This document shows positions 1 through 10,050 of a DNA stretch of 50,037 nucleotides, one piece after another; position 1 is the first letter of the stretch, and each line of letters starts with the position of its first letter. A program made the translations under genes and the position numbers. The stretch lies in the NCBI GenBank assembly GCA_030167865.1, contig JALAGF010003466.1, positions 1 through 50,037 on the forward strand. The letters run 5' to 3'. The notes under the pieces were generated by a model. The model saw only the letters and a program-made list of their open reading frames with translations, made no database searches and was not told where the DNA came from. The stretch is from Craspedostauros australis (lineage: Eukaryota).

Positions 1-1011
1 TTGGTCGCCATCGGCAACCGCACCTGCCGCGGACAAGGCGCATGCAGCGATGTCGTCTCCGCGAGCTTCGAAGACTTGAGCTGCACCGGGGCTGCAGCAT
101 GCCAGAACGTGCAGGGCAGCGCCGCCGCCCGCTCTGGATGCAACGGCGTCCAAGCCTGTCAAGACATGGTGCAGTCCTCCGTCGGTGAGGAGAGTTGCCA
201 AGGCACACAGGCATGCATGACATCCATGTTCATGACTGTGGTCAATGGCAGCTGTTCCGACACCCAATCCTGCCTCAGCGTGTCCGATTCTTTCATCGGC
301 AACTTCAGCTGCACGGGAACAGGAGCCTGCAGCGACCTGCAGACGGGATCTTTCATCCTCAACGATGCCTGCACAGGCGATCAATCCTGCTCCGGGGTCT
401 CTGAAGCCTTGGTCTTGAATCACTCTTGCTTCGGCACACAAGCATGTGCAGGAAGCAACGATGTCTTCGTGAGCATCAACTCTTGCCACGGTGAGCAATC
501 CTGCCAATCCCTCAATGGTCCCGGAGTCATCGTCGCTGAATTCGCATGCCATGGCAAACGTGCATGCCTGGGCTTGTCGGAGAATGCCACCGTCAGCGAA
601 TCTTCCTGCTTCGGCGAGGATGCCTGCTCATCGTTGAGCCTCTCCACCATCGGACAAGCATCGTGCCTCGGATACCAAAGCTGCATCGATTCCAAGTTCA
701 CCTTCACAGGTGAATCCGCGTGCATCGGTGCGCGAGCATGCGCCAACGCATCTCCGGCGAAAGATGGCGAAATTGTCTTTGTCGGAGAAAACTCCTGCAT
801 TGGGGCAGAAGCATGCGACTCGATCGGTTCCATAGTTACCGGCAATTCCTGTATCGGTGATCTCGCATGCAAGGGCGTCAGCGCAGTTGTCGGAGCAGAA
901 GCTTGCGTTGGCGAAAAGGCGTGCACGTGTGATGGATTCACCATGGCAGATGCTGAATTCATTCCGGATGGAATGTGCAATGAGGAGCTCGGTACATCTT
1001 GCTGTCCTTGA
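1..1011 (+). CDS. Cys-rich tandem repeat protein, 5'-partial (16 copies of [SA]C-x-G-x-x-[AS]C, ~19-aa period)
   Basis: Frame is open from base 1 to TGA at 1009-1011. Regular Cx5C motif (e.g. SCTGAAAC, SCFGTQAC, SCIGAEAC). The start lies outside the window. Confidence 0.85.
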   Translation: MVAIGNRTCRGQGACSDVVSASFEDLSCTGAAACQNVQGSAAARSGCNGVQACQDMVQSSVGEESCQGTQACMTSMFMTVVNGSCSDTQSCLSVSDSFIGNFSCTGTGACSDLQTGSFILNDACTGDQSCSGVSEALVLNHSCFGTQACAGSNDVFVSINSCHGEQSCQSLNGPGVIVAEFACHGKRACLGLSENATVSESSCFGEDACSSLSLSTIGQASCLGYQSCIDSKFTFTGESACIGARACANASPAKDGEIVFVGENSCIGAEACDSIGSIVTGNSCIGDLACKGVSAVVGAEACVGEKACTCDGFTMADAEFIPDGMCNEELGTSCCP

Positions 1012-1615
1012 AATAGGATGGACAAGACTGATGAGCCTGGACGGATGTGAACATGATCGACACATCTGCAATAAGAGCCTGAGAGATGTGACTTCTCGTG
1101 CGAAGAATGGTCCTCTGTCGATACATATATATAATCACGTGAGTACTAAAATTTGTAGTAATGATCTACTCTCTGGAGAGAATGGTACTCGAATGCGACG
1201 GCAATATTCCCGTATAGCATTTCCATCATGACACGGCGTGGCTTGGAGTCAGATGGACTCCTCTGCAAACATAGGCGCGTAGGTACATAGAATTCCTACG
1301 TCACATCGCTGCAATGGGACGAGAAGGGAGAATGTGATGACCGAGACAGTCCTGGACTTGAGAACACTTGTACGTAGACCGACCCAAACTGAATCGTCAC
1401 TAAGTCCATTGGCTGAGTGTGTCATGTTTCAGTGTGTGCTGCTTGTTACATGCACTTGCATCACCGCAGGAATGTGCGTTGCATCCCCGATGGTTTCGTT
1501 TATATCACCCTTTTGGCGCCTTGCCCATCGCACAGCAACGAAGCAAATCAGACTTGGTGCGTGCCTGTTATACTGCTCAAAGTGATCTGGCCTACCATCA
1601 ATTCACTCCGCGCTT

Positions 1616-2115
1616 CTATTCTTTCGCATGGTCACCAGCGGACGCTTTCCCAGAGCATTCCAACCCAATCCATGGGAACGTGATGCCATTGTTGTTTGGC
1701 TCCTCAGTTTCAACTGTTGCTTTCCTGCGAACATCATTGGCGCGGCGTCAACTGATTCATGCTATGCTATGCTATGCCGTGTCGTGCTGTGCCGTGCCGT
1801 GCTGTGGTCTGCAAACCACGCCATCCCCAAAGGAAAGTGTCCATCGGGTCCACTCGATTGCGAACTTGCTTGGCCCAGTATCCGATGCAGATGACCGTTG
1901 GGCAGAACATAGCATCGCATGACATAGCATTACTCCACCAGGAAGTAGTACAGCAACGTCCCGGCAACTATCCCAACCACGACCATCGCGACGACTCCAA
2001 GGCACAGATTCCGTTTCTCACGTCGCTGTCGCAATTCTCGTCCCGATAGCTGCCCCTCGCGCTGCTCCCTTGGCTGCTCTTCGCCGATGTTCTCAACGTC
2101 CTCGTTGCTTGGCAT
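1616..2115 (-). CDS. Putative small single-pass membrane protein (~96 aa), complement(join(1616..1724,1934..2115))
   Basis: Exon 1: charged N-terminus, basic stretch RRQRREKR-like, then hydrophobic LCLGVVAMVVVGIVAGTLLYYFLV. Donor GA|GTAATG at 1933 and acceptor TTCGCAG|G at 1725 are phase-compatible and give ...LVEKATVETEEPNNNG...AKE*. The unspliced form stops at 1930. Confidence 0.4.
1759..1806. repeat. Imperfect pentanucleotide microsatellite (GCTAT/GCCGT/GCTGT)n
   Basis: gctatgctatgctatgccgtgtcgtgctgtgccgtgccgtgctgtg; lies inside the proposed 1725..1933 intron. Confidence 0.8.
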
Positions 2116-2861
2116 GATGGCTGTTTCCTTGTGTTAGTTCTTGGAGTGGCTTGCTCTGCTCAGACCGCGCTTCTGCGTTGGTCTTGTCGTGCGCCTTCCC
2201 TCCCCTCTGCCGAATACTGTTGAAGCTTCAGCTCTGCCCTTGCGATGCCGCTTTTCCTAGTCGTATTCGTTCCACGAGATAGTCGTCGACGTTGAATGCT
2301 GTCACTCCAATTGAGTGGTGCCGATCTTGTTGTTGCTCTTGCTTTCTCTGTCTCTCTGGTTGCTGGGCATGTGACCCGTACATGCGGTCCTCTCTTGCGC
2401 GCCTGTGTTCCTCCCTTCTCTCTCTCTTGTTCGCACGAAGAGGTCGGAGAGACGAAAAGGTATCTTGTCACACATCACCGCAAAGATTGTGATGTCCGTA
2501 ACGGCCGTGTCAGACTTGATCCATTCATGCCTTCGAGTCATGAATGATGACGGAAATCGACTCATCGGACTGATGGTTGCCGACTGCCTCCGACCGAACA
2601 AAGGAGGACAACAAACTTCGTTCTTTTGTTCTGGAGCGTTCTGTTGTCGTTCCCCTCTTCCCCTCTTCTTTGACATTGATGAAGCAGCGACGAACCATCG
2701 TGGACTTCGAGCGGCAGTCGCGGCAACAACAGCAGCAAGGATCCTGATGCACTGCTGGATGAATGACTCTGTCACAATCAGCAACCGCCAAGGTCAAACA
2801 CAAGAGACACGAACAGAATTCCACGACGACGACGACCACCAGCAGAAGCAGAAGCAACAGC

Positions 2862-4253
2862 ATGATGATGAAGAGCCGATGCTCGTTGCCCGCGACAGCC
2901 ACAGCTGCAGCCTCCCTGCTGTTGATGGCATCCTTGTGGGGACCAGCACTCGGCCAGGCAACACATCATGCAAAGCAAGAGGAGGTGGTGCTGTCTGCAT
3001 TGCCTGCGCACTGGTCAGATCTGGAAGCAGGCGATGGCATGCTGCAGATGAACTCGCCATTGGACACACCCATCATCGGCATTCTCACGCAGCCGTACAT
3101 CGGTCGGAATGTGACACAGATCGCTTCTTCGTATCCCAAATGGTTGGAGATGGGTGGTGCGCGCAGCATCGCCATTCCCTACGACGCGACACCCGAGATG
3201 ATTGCGGATCTTTACGACATTGTGGACGGCGTCCTCTTTCCTGGTGGTGCCAGCGCGGTGCCGGAATCCGCGAAGATCTTGTGGAAGATGATCGTGTCTG
3301 ATGCCAATGACGGCAACGGCGTTGCCCATGGAAGTTCAGCATCGCCCAGCGAGCACCTGCGAGGCACGGATGCAGTATCATCATCATCGTACGGGTCGTC
3401 CGTCGACACAGAAGCATCAACCATGTCCCCTCATGCGTCGCTGCCTGTGTGGGGGACGTGCCTGGGATTCGAATACCTCCTGCAATTGGCAACCAACAAC
3501 TTCGTTGATATCCTCGAATCTGGCTTCGATTCTTACAACATTAGCCTGCCACTGGAGAATGTCAAGAAGCAGCTGCTGTACCGCAATGCCATCACGTACA
3601 GCATCGTCACCAGATATAACGTCACGATGAATAATCACCATGAAGGTATCTCACCGAAGCGTTTTTTGGACACTCCGGATCTCACCAAGTACTGGATGAT
3701 CACATCCACCAACAAGGACCGGCAGGGACGCGAATTCGTCTCCACCATCGAACCCAACGATCCTCTTAGATTCCCGGTCTATGGCGTTCAATTCCATCCG
3801 GAAAAGAACGCCTTCGAAAACGGAAGAAGTCAGGCGGATCCCAACTTTCCCTACCAAGCCATCGATCATTCGGCACGTGGTCTGGCTGCGGTGACGATGG
3901 AACAGGTGCTGTACTTCACTGGGATCGTGCGCGCGCACAAGCACCAACGCCGTCAGAAACGATCGCAAGAAACGTTGGACAAGATCGATCGTCTACAGCA
4001 GACGTCTCCATGGTTGTTCCGTCCGGTGTACTTGTATCCAACTGAATCTATCAAATACTGTGAGCAACTCTACATCGTGCCACTGGCAAACGAGCTCAAC
4101 CAGAAAGCAGCAACGGGCAACGACGGCAACACCGCTGCTGAAAATGCAGCGATTGCGAATGAAACCACAGGCTCGTGGTGCTTGGAAATCATCATGGGTG
4201 CTGTTCATCGGTTCGTGAATGCTCTGCTCCTTGTGAATGTTCGCTTTTCATAA
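2862..4253 (+). CDS. GGH: Gamma-glutamyl hydrolase (peptidase C26, class I glutamine amidotransferase fold), with signal peptide
   Basis: Motifs PIIGILTQP, IASSYPKWLEMGGAR, DGVLFPGG, catalytic PVWGTCLGFE, MNNHHEGISP and YGVQFHPEK. Hydrophobic N-terminal signal follows the ATG at 2862; an upstream in-frame ATG at 2763 is less likely. Confidence 0.9.
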   Translation: MMMKSRCSLPATATAAASLLLMASLWGPALGQATHHAKQEEVVLSALPAHWSDLEAGDGMLQMNSPLDTPIIGILTQPYIGRNVTQIASSYPKWLEMGGARSIAIPYDATPEMIADLYDIVDGVLFPGGASAVPESAKILWKMIVSDANDGNGVAHGSSASPSEHLRGTDAVSSSSYGSSVDTEASTMSPHASLPVWGTCLGFEYLLQLATNNFVDILESGFDSYNISLPLENVKKQLLYRNAITYSIVTRYNVTMNNHHEGISPKRFLDTPDLTKYWMITSTNKDRQGREFVSTIEPNDPLRFPVYGVQFHPEKNAFENGRSQADPNFPYQAIDHSARGLAAVTMEQVLYFTGIVRAHKHQRRQKRSQETLDKIDRLQQTSPWLFRPVYLYPTESIKYCEQLYIVPLANELNQKAATGNDGNTAAENAAIANETTGSWCLEIIMGAVHRFVNALLLVNVRFS

Positions 4254-5259
4254 GTGGAACAGAGCACTGTATGTACTCCAGGCAGAAGCAGATTGGCAGA
4301 GAGGAGAAGATCATTCACACTCAACATGCGGCAACACAAACTGACAGGACTCCAAACATCTGCTTGTCGGAAACCAGTTCGGGGAGAAGAACATTGGAGG
4401 ATTATTGCATTCCTCTGGTTTGCACCGTCCGAGCACTGTCTCGATTGTTTCACGTAGCACTCCATGCACTTCGTGTTTGGCTTCGGTCTCATAATGAGCT
4501 TCTTCGTCAAGCTTTCGTACATCGAGTGCAGCTGTCATCGTTCATGAAGTTGTGGAGGAGCGTTCAGCACGAACGATGATTCTCAGCAGTTGTGTTCGAT
4601 TTGGTCGTGGGATACTCATAGACTATGATGGTATGAACTACTACTACGAGTACGAGGAGAGGACGACAACCACCTCCTGTTTCCAATTCAAAGAGACATG
4701 CCATGATCGCGATAGCACATGATATTAAATGGCATCCCTGTCCAATACACGGCATACATAGGGTAGGGTAGAGCAGAGTAGCATACTCGACGAGTATTGC
4801 GCCACTTGTATCACACAGAGTACTGCCATGTGCTGTCTCCCACCGAAGTCTCTTGCTGATGGCGAGAGCTGGATGTTGAACAAAAGTTGTCCCGACCAAC
4901 AAACAGACAGACATCTCCAGTCGTGGGAAGTGCCACACCAAACAGCCACATGTTGCTTCATTCACGACAATACACGATCCACCGAAGAGCAATCAAAAGG
5001 ACACGATTCCGATCCCTGGCACCAAATCTGGTCGTGCGGACCCAAACTCCGAGGCGAAAGGTTCCCACCCACAAGTTGTGCACAAGAGGCGATATGCGAT
5101 GGAATGTGTGGTGGCGAGATCGTTGTGCTCATTGTGTGAATACGAGTGCGAGCGGGCATCATCCTTCGCACACCAGGCATACCATCGATTGATGAAGAGA
5201 TCAAAGGAAGCAAGCAAGCGCCCGAGACAGACAGAGAGAAGAGAGCAAGCGCTGCTACC

Positions 5260-7875
5260 ATGAACGACGCCCCGTGCTCGTGGTACCTGCCACCGATCCT
5301 GAGCGATCATGAGGATGCCATGGATTGCGCGCACGGCAGCGAGAGCGACGAGGGCGATCGTGGAGATGAGCATGGTGGTTCCGAGACCGAGAGGCGGCTG
5401 GGAAGGCTGCCAGTTGTGGCCGAGCTTGTGGATGCGGATGGAGGGACGATCGCAGATCATGGTTCGATTGGCGGTGCGTCGACGGCTGCGTTGCGCAGTG
5501 GACACCATTCGCGCTCGTATGAGCACAACAACGAGGACATGAACAGAACGGACGATTTGGTGGACAACATGCCGTACCTCTGGAGCAAGTCGGTGTTCGA
5601 TCAGCTCTACGTACCCATCCGCGTCAACAAACGCAAGCGCAAGTACGTGCCGCCGCAGGTCGCACGCGAGGCAAGGTTGGCATTCGACCGCCATCAGACC
5701 ATGATCGAGCTGCAGAAGCAGCAGGCCTACCTCGAACGACGCAAGGAATGGGCTGCCAAGGCCGACGAGCACCTCGCACGGCGTTTCCTGGAGCAATCGG
5801 CTCGGTTGGAGGAAGCCAGGCCGCCGGACGATGTCGCGCCAGATGATGAGGCACCGCAGACGAATATGGCGGACGTCGTTGCAGCTGCGACGGCGTCGTT
5901 GCTCGCGAGATCGAACGTGCAAGCGGCCGTGCCAGCGACGGCCCAGGAGAAGGCCCACCTTCTGCATCAGCAACAATTGGCGCAGAAGGAGGCGTTCCTG
6001 CGCACCATGCGGACCAATGTCGGGATGCAGTCGGTTCAACCTGCGATCGGGGCTGCAGCTGCAAGTGCAACTGTTGCTTCAAGTGCAAGCGCAAGTGCAA
6101 CTGAGGCTGCAAGTGCAAGCGTGGGTGGAAGCGATACCTCACCTCCAGAGGATGACGCAGCGCAGGCTCCCTTGGTTCCGGGTCAGTTTGATGATGACGA
6201 GGACGATCCGACGCTCTCGCTTGTCGATCAAATCAACCCGTCCGTCAAGGAGTCGCATATATCGAACATGACGCAACAGCAACAGCTTCATAGAGAAATG
6301 CATGAACGACGAGAGGAGCATTTAGCAATGGTACGACAGAGCCCAGCGCATCCCGGTGTGCTGAGGCTACTCGGCGACACCAACCCCGAGATGAGTCAGT
6401 TGCAGCGTAATCGCATTATTCAATTTTACGGGTCGTTGGTACCGTCGGATGCTAACGCCTTCCAACAAGCCTTGGTTATTGCAGGACAAGCCGCCAAGCA
6501 CAAAGCGAAACCAAAGGCCAAGCCTGTGCCCAAAGCTAAGCGTAGCCCCAAAGCCAAGACATCGAAGCCCTACAGACCCACCTTCAACCCGCCCAACCCT
6601 ATCATCCTTGGACCAGCGCCGCCCTCCACTAAAAAGCCAATGGTCTACAAGAAGAAGAGACCGATGGCCAAGCTTCAGCCAGAGGAGCTGCTCAACCTCA
6701 AGGACGCAGTCATGTCGCGCGAAGAAGCGATTGGCAACACGAACCCGACGTCGATCCGCAAGCCCCCAGAGGATCCCGATACCACGCCCAACAAGAACAA
6801 GAAGATCGCCCCGGCATGGAGCAAGAAGTTTGAGCTCCTCAAGGAATTCTCCGAGATCCACGGTCACACCGACGTGCCGCCCAGGTACGAGAAGGACCAC
6901 CTGCTGTCGCGATGGGCACGGCAGCAGCGGTACCAGTACAAATTGTTCAAGGAAGGCCGGATACCCAACCAATTCATCACGTATCCGGAACGTTTGGATC
7001 TCCTCAACACCATCAATTTCACGTTCAAGTACATCGAGAACAAGGCCGCCAAGGAATGGGAAGACGGATACCAAGGATACATGGACTTCATCGACGATCC
7101 AAACAAAGCCGAACAAACATCGCCATCCTTGGGACGTTGGATTCGGGAACAGCGGCGCAACTGGAGGCTCGTGCAGAAAGGTTGGATGGCGCACATTCAT
7201 TGCCTGACGAAGGATCGCATGGCGCGGTTGAAGCAACTCAACTTTGATTTTAAGTATCCGACAGAAACCGGCGCGTGTGATGAAAGCGACGAGGACAACG
7301 GCGACAAAGACAACGACACGGACGAAGACAAGGACAACGACAAGGGCAAGAGCAACAGCAAGGACAACGACAAGGGCAAGAGCAAGAGCAAGACAGCAAA
7401 AAAGACCCCCAAAAAGAAGAGAGGGGGGAAGAAGTCCGCAGCCAAGACCAAAGAGAGCGTGGCCAAAGTGGATGAAGACATCGACGAGCAAAAGGCAGAC
7501 GTCAGTGGTGGTGGCAGTAGTGACACGATTGGTAGTGCCGATGCCACTGATGCTGTTCCCGGCGCAAATGCCGATGGGCCCTCTGCTGATGATTCATCAG
7601 ACAATAGCAGTGATGGTGAGACTCCAAGCAATACGAGTGCAGAGAAAGCGACCAATACGAAGGCGGAATCGCAGACCGTCGCCAAACGTAAAGTATCTGG
7701 AAACGTTGCGGCCTCGTTTGCGAAGAAAGGCTCGCCTGCTGGCTCCCCTCGCAAATCAACATCGAAAGCGAAGAAAGCCGAATCAATTTCGGAAACAGAA
7801 GAGGATCAAATCGCTCAGCCAGATGCAGCAGAGCCAGCAAACGAGCAACCGAATGCAGAAGTTGACAGTGCTTAA
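5260..7875 (+). CDS. Helicase-associated (HA) domain protein: two tandem HA repeats with long low-complexity flanks
   Basis: WSKKFELLKEFSEIHGHTDVP...LSRWARQQRYQY...ERLDLLNTINF, then WEDGY...LGRWIREQRRNW...RMARLKQLNFDF. Lys-rich NLS-like stretches. First in-frame ATG is at 5260. Confidence 0.85.
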   Translation: MNDAPCSWYLPPILSDHEDAMDCAHGSESDEGDRGDEHGGSETERRLGRLPVVAELVDADGGTIADHGSIGGASTAALRSGHHSRSYEHNNEDMNRTDDLVDNMPYLWSKSVFDQLYVPIRVNKRKRKYVPPQVAREARLAFDRHQTMIELQKQQAYLERRKEWAAKADEHLARRFLEQSARLEEARPPDDVAPDDEAPQTNMADVVAAATASLLARSNVQAAVPATAQEKAHLLHQQQLAQKEAFLRTMRTNVGMQSVQPAIGAAAASATVASSASASATEAASASVGGSDTSPPEDDAAQAPLVPGQFDDDEDDPTLSLVDQINPSVKESHISNMTQQQQLHREMHERREEHLAMVRQSPAHPGVLRLLGDTNPEMSQLQRNRIIQFYGSLVPSDANAFQQALVIAGQAAKHKAKPKAKPVPKAKRSPKAKTSKPYRPTFNPPNPIILGPAPPSTKKPMVYKKKRPMAKLQPEELLNLKDAVMSREEAIGNTNPTSIRKPPEDPDTTPNKNKKIAPAWSKKFELLKEFSEIHGHTDVPPRYEKDHLLSRWARQQRYQYKLFKEGRIPNQFITYPERLDLLNTINFTFKYIENKAAKEWEDGYQGYMDFIDDPNKAEQTSPSLGRWIREQRRNWRLVQKGWMAHIHCLTKDRMARLKQLNFDFKYPTETGACDESDEDNGDKDNDTDEDKDNDKGKSNSKDNDKGKSKSKTAKKTPKKKRGGKKSAAKTKESVAKVDEDIDEQKADVSGGGSSDTIGSADATDAVPGANADGPSADDSSDNSSDGETPSNTSAEKATNTKAESQTVAKRKVSGNVAASFAKKGSPAGSPRKSTSKAKKAESISETEEDQIAQPDAAEPANEQPNAEVDSA

Positions 7876-8196
7876 CCAGATGACGCAAGAGACGATAACA
7901 AAGCCGTCATGTTCGCTGATGGCGACTAAGAGACGAACGCATGGCACAAATACAGCGGTACGTCCTTATCGGTTGCATCATGTTCGCTCGACCAAGACAC
8001 TGTGCTATGCGATAGCAGTGTCGGAAGATGGAAACGCATCACGATGTTGTCGGACGGAGACAATGATAGAGCGACTAATTGAAAATTACGTGATTTGGTC
8101 TATCTCGAGTTAGCTACCCGTGTGGGCACTCACTTTCGGATGGTTGGTAACCGAGGGGTAGCCTTCCTGCACTTTCAAGCTTCTCCACTGTCGTCT

Positions 8197-10050
8197 TCAT
8201 TGTCCCTGTGCGCTCTCAACTTTTGGCGCGTCAGTTTGTGCGGCTTCGCCCTCAGGTGTTTGTTTCTGCTCCTCGTGCGCGTCAGTTGCTTTTACTGTGA
8301 CAGCAGCTCCGCCGTCGTTTGCGTCGTCCTCGTCGCCATCTCCTGCAACAGGTGGCGCGATATCCTGCACTTTCATGGTGGCCAGCTGACGTTCCACCGA
8401 CTCCAATTCCGCCGCCAGCTCTGGATCATTTTCCAGCTGCGTCGAAAAGTCGACGTCATCTGCCAGCTCTTCGCCGTCCTCAAAGCCGGGATCTTCGAGA
8501 TCGTTCATGTCCTCCATGAATCCCATCCTCGCGGCGGACTCCTCCAGCTCCTTGTGCTTGCGGTCCTGCTTCTTCTCTCTGCGTATCTTCTTCTTGGACA
8601 TGCGCTTCTTCTTGTTAGCCGTCATGCGCGTGTCGCCCTCCTGCGGTTCGTCCTTCACGTCCGCGTTCGAAGGATCCTCCTCGACAACGTCGCCAGCCTT
8701 GTCCTTCCCGACGTTGACCTTCTTGACGAGGACGACGTCCGGCATGACGAAGCTGTTGTTTACGACCTCCTCGACGTCCACGACGCCGACTGAGGACGAC
8801 GTTCCTATCTGGCCGCAGGATGTGAGGTCGTACCCAAGCACGATGTCGCCTGGTTGCAGCAAATGGCCGAGGTGACTGACGCAGGAAAAGCTCTCGTCGT
8901 TGATTCCGAAATCCGATTCGCGGGCGACCTCGACATCCGCCAAGGCGTACTTGGACACGCCTGACGATGGACCGTTGTACTGCTGGGCCTTGTCGTTGTC
9001 TCCCTTGGCGCCTTGCTGGTGAGCGCCGTCGTCGCAAAGCTCGACATCCAATACGACGAAGCGAACGAGCCGCTCCGCGGAGAAGAGGATGGCGTATGCC
9101 TTGTCGCCACCGCCCTTGTAGTAGGACTCCGAGCCCATGTCCACCTGTTCCACGCCCCTGTCCCTCATGGGCGAAGCGTCGAGCATGTGGATGGAGGATG
9201 AGACCTTGCTGGTGAGACACAACCGGCCGGCGAATTTTGAATTGCGCGCCGACTTGTGCACCACGAGGAGGTCATCGCGGCAGATGGGCACCATGTCGCA
9301 AGATATCGTGTGCTTGATGTTGGCCGTGTTGTTCTTGGAATCCGTCGACACCAGCTTCTGGCTCGTCTTGATCTTCATGGGCGCCAGACGGCCGAGGAAG
9401 TGCGCGAATGCCTGTGCCTGCGCCAGGGTGAGGAAGTAGAAGTCCAGGCCGTTGCGACAGGAGTTGATGCGCAGCACGTGCCGACGCACCTCGGGACTGC
9501 GGGCGATGGCCATCTCCAAGGCCAGCAATCCCTTGCGCGGCGAGCCGATGGTGCGATGCTGCCGCAGCTGCACCAACGCCTGCCATGTGCGGTTGGTGTA
9601 CTCCCGGTTGCATTGCGAGCACATCTTCCAGTCCGTCTTGAACTCTACCATGACGCGCTGCTGCACGCGCACGCGCTCGATCTCCGTGCGGATGGTGAGG
9701 CGGATCTTGAGGCGGCGCGAGTGAGGCTCCGTCCACACCCACATGGCGTCCACCACGTGCAGGCCGTGCTTCGAGGCGTTGGACAGCGCCGGGACGTGCT
9801 TGAGGCAGATCTGCATGAGTTCCGGCGACTCCGGCTCGCAGTACTGGTACATGGTGGGCGTGCGGGCGAAGCGGCGGCACTGACGGCACTGCAGGACGAT
9901 GTGGAGGCCGTCCGCGTTGCTCCCGCGCTGCAGCAGGGACTTCAGATCGAACTGCTGCGCCAGACAGCTGGTGCACTGGTTGGCGGCGTTCGGCAGGATC
10001 ATCGTCCCGCACAAGCAGCACGCGATTTGGTTCGTTGTTGCCATCATCAT
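8197..10050 (-). CDS. NMD3: 60S ribosomal subunit export adaptor NMD3
   Basis: IACCLCGTMILPNAANQC, four CxxC pairs, ESPELMQICLK, DAMWVWTEPHSRRLKI, WQALVQLRQ, GLDFYF, SHLGHLLQPGDIVLGYDL, PDVVLVKK. MMM start at 10050. Confidence 0.95.
   Translation of the reverse strand: MMMATTNQIACCLCGTMILPNAANQCTSCLAQQFDLKSLLQRGSNADGLHIVLQCRQCRRFARTPTMYQYCEPESPELMQICLKHVPALSNASKHGLHVVDAMWVWTEPHSRRLKIRLTIRTEIERVRVQQRVMVEFKTDWKMCSQCNREYTNRTWQALVQLRQHRTIGSPRKGLLALEMAIARSPEVRRHVLRINSCRNGLDFYFLTLAQAQAFAHFLGRLAPMKIKTSQKLVSTDSKNNTANIKHTISCDMVPICRDDLLVVHKSARNSKFAGRLCLTSKVSSSIHMLDASPMRDRGVEQVDMGSESYYKGGGDKAYAILFSAERLVRFVVLDVELCDDGAHQQGAKGDNDKAQQYNGPSSGVSKYALADVEVARESDFGINDESFSCVSHLGHLLQPGDIVLGYDLTSCGQIGTSSSVGVVDVEEVVNNSFVMPDVVLVKKVNVGKDKAGDVVEEDPSNADVKDEPQEGDTRMTANKKKRMSKKKIRREKKQDRKHKELEESAARMGFMEDMNDLEDPGFEDGEELADDVDFSTQLENDPELAAELESVERQLATMKVQDIAPPVAGDGDEDDANDGGAAVTVKATDAHEEQKQTPEGEAAQTDAPKVESAQGQ

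Noticed and set aside
1-1011. Calling the Cys-repeat protein an antifreeze protein
   Set aside because: Lacks the regular Thr-x-Thr face and 12-aa period; only the Cx5C spacing is shared.
4205-4620. Short Cys-containing minus-strand ORFs downstream of GGH
   Set aside because: No consistent gene model or domain.
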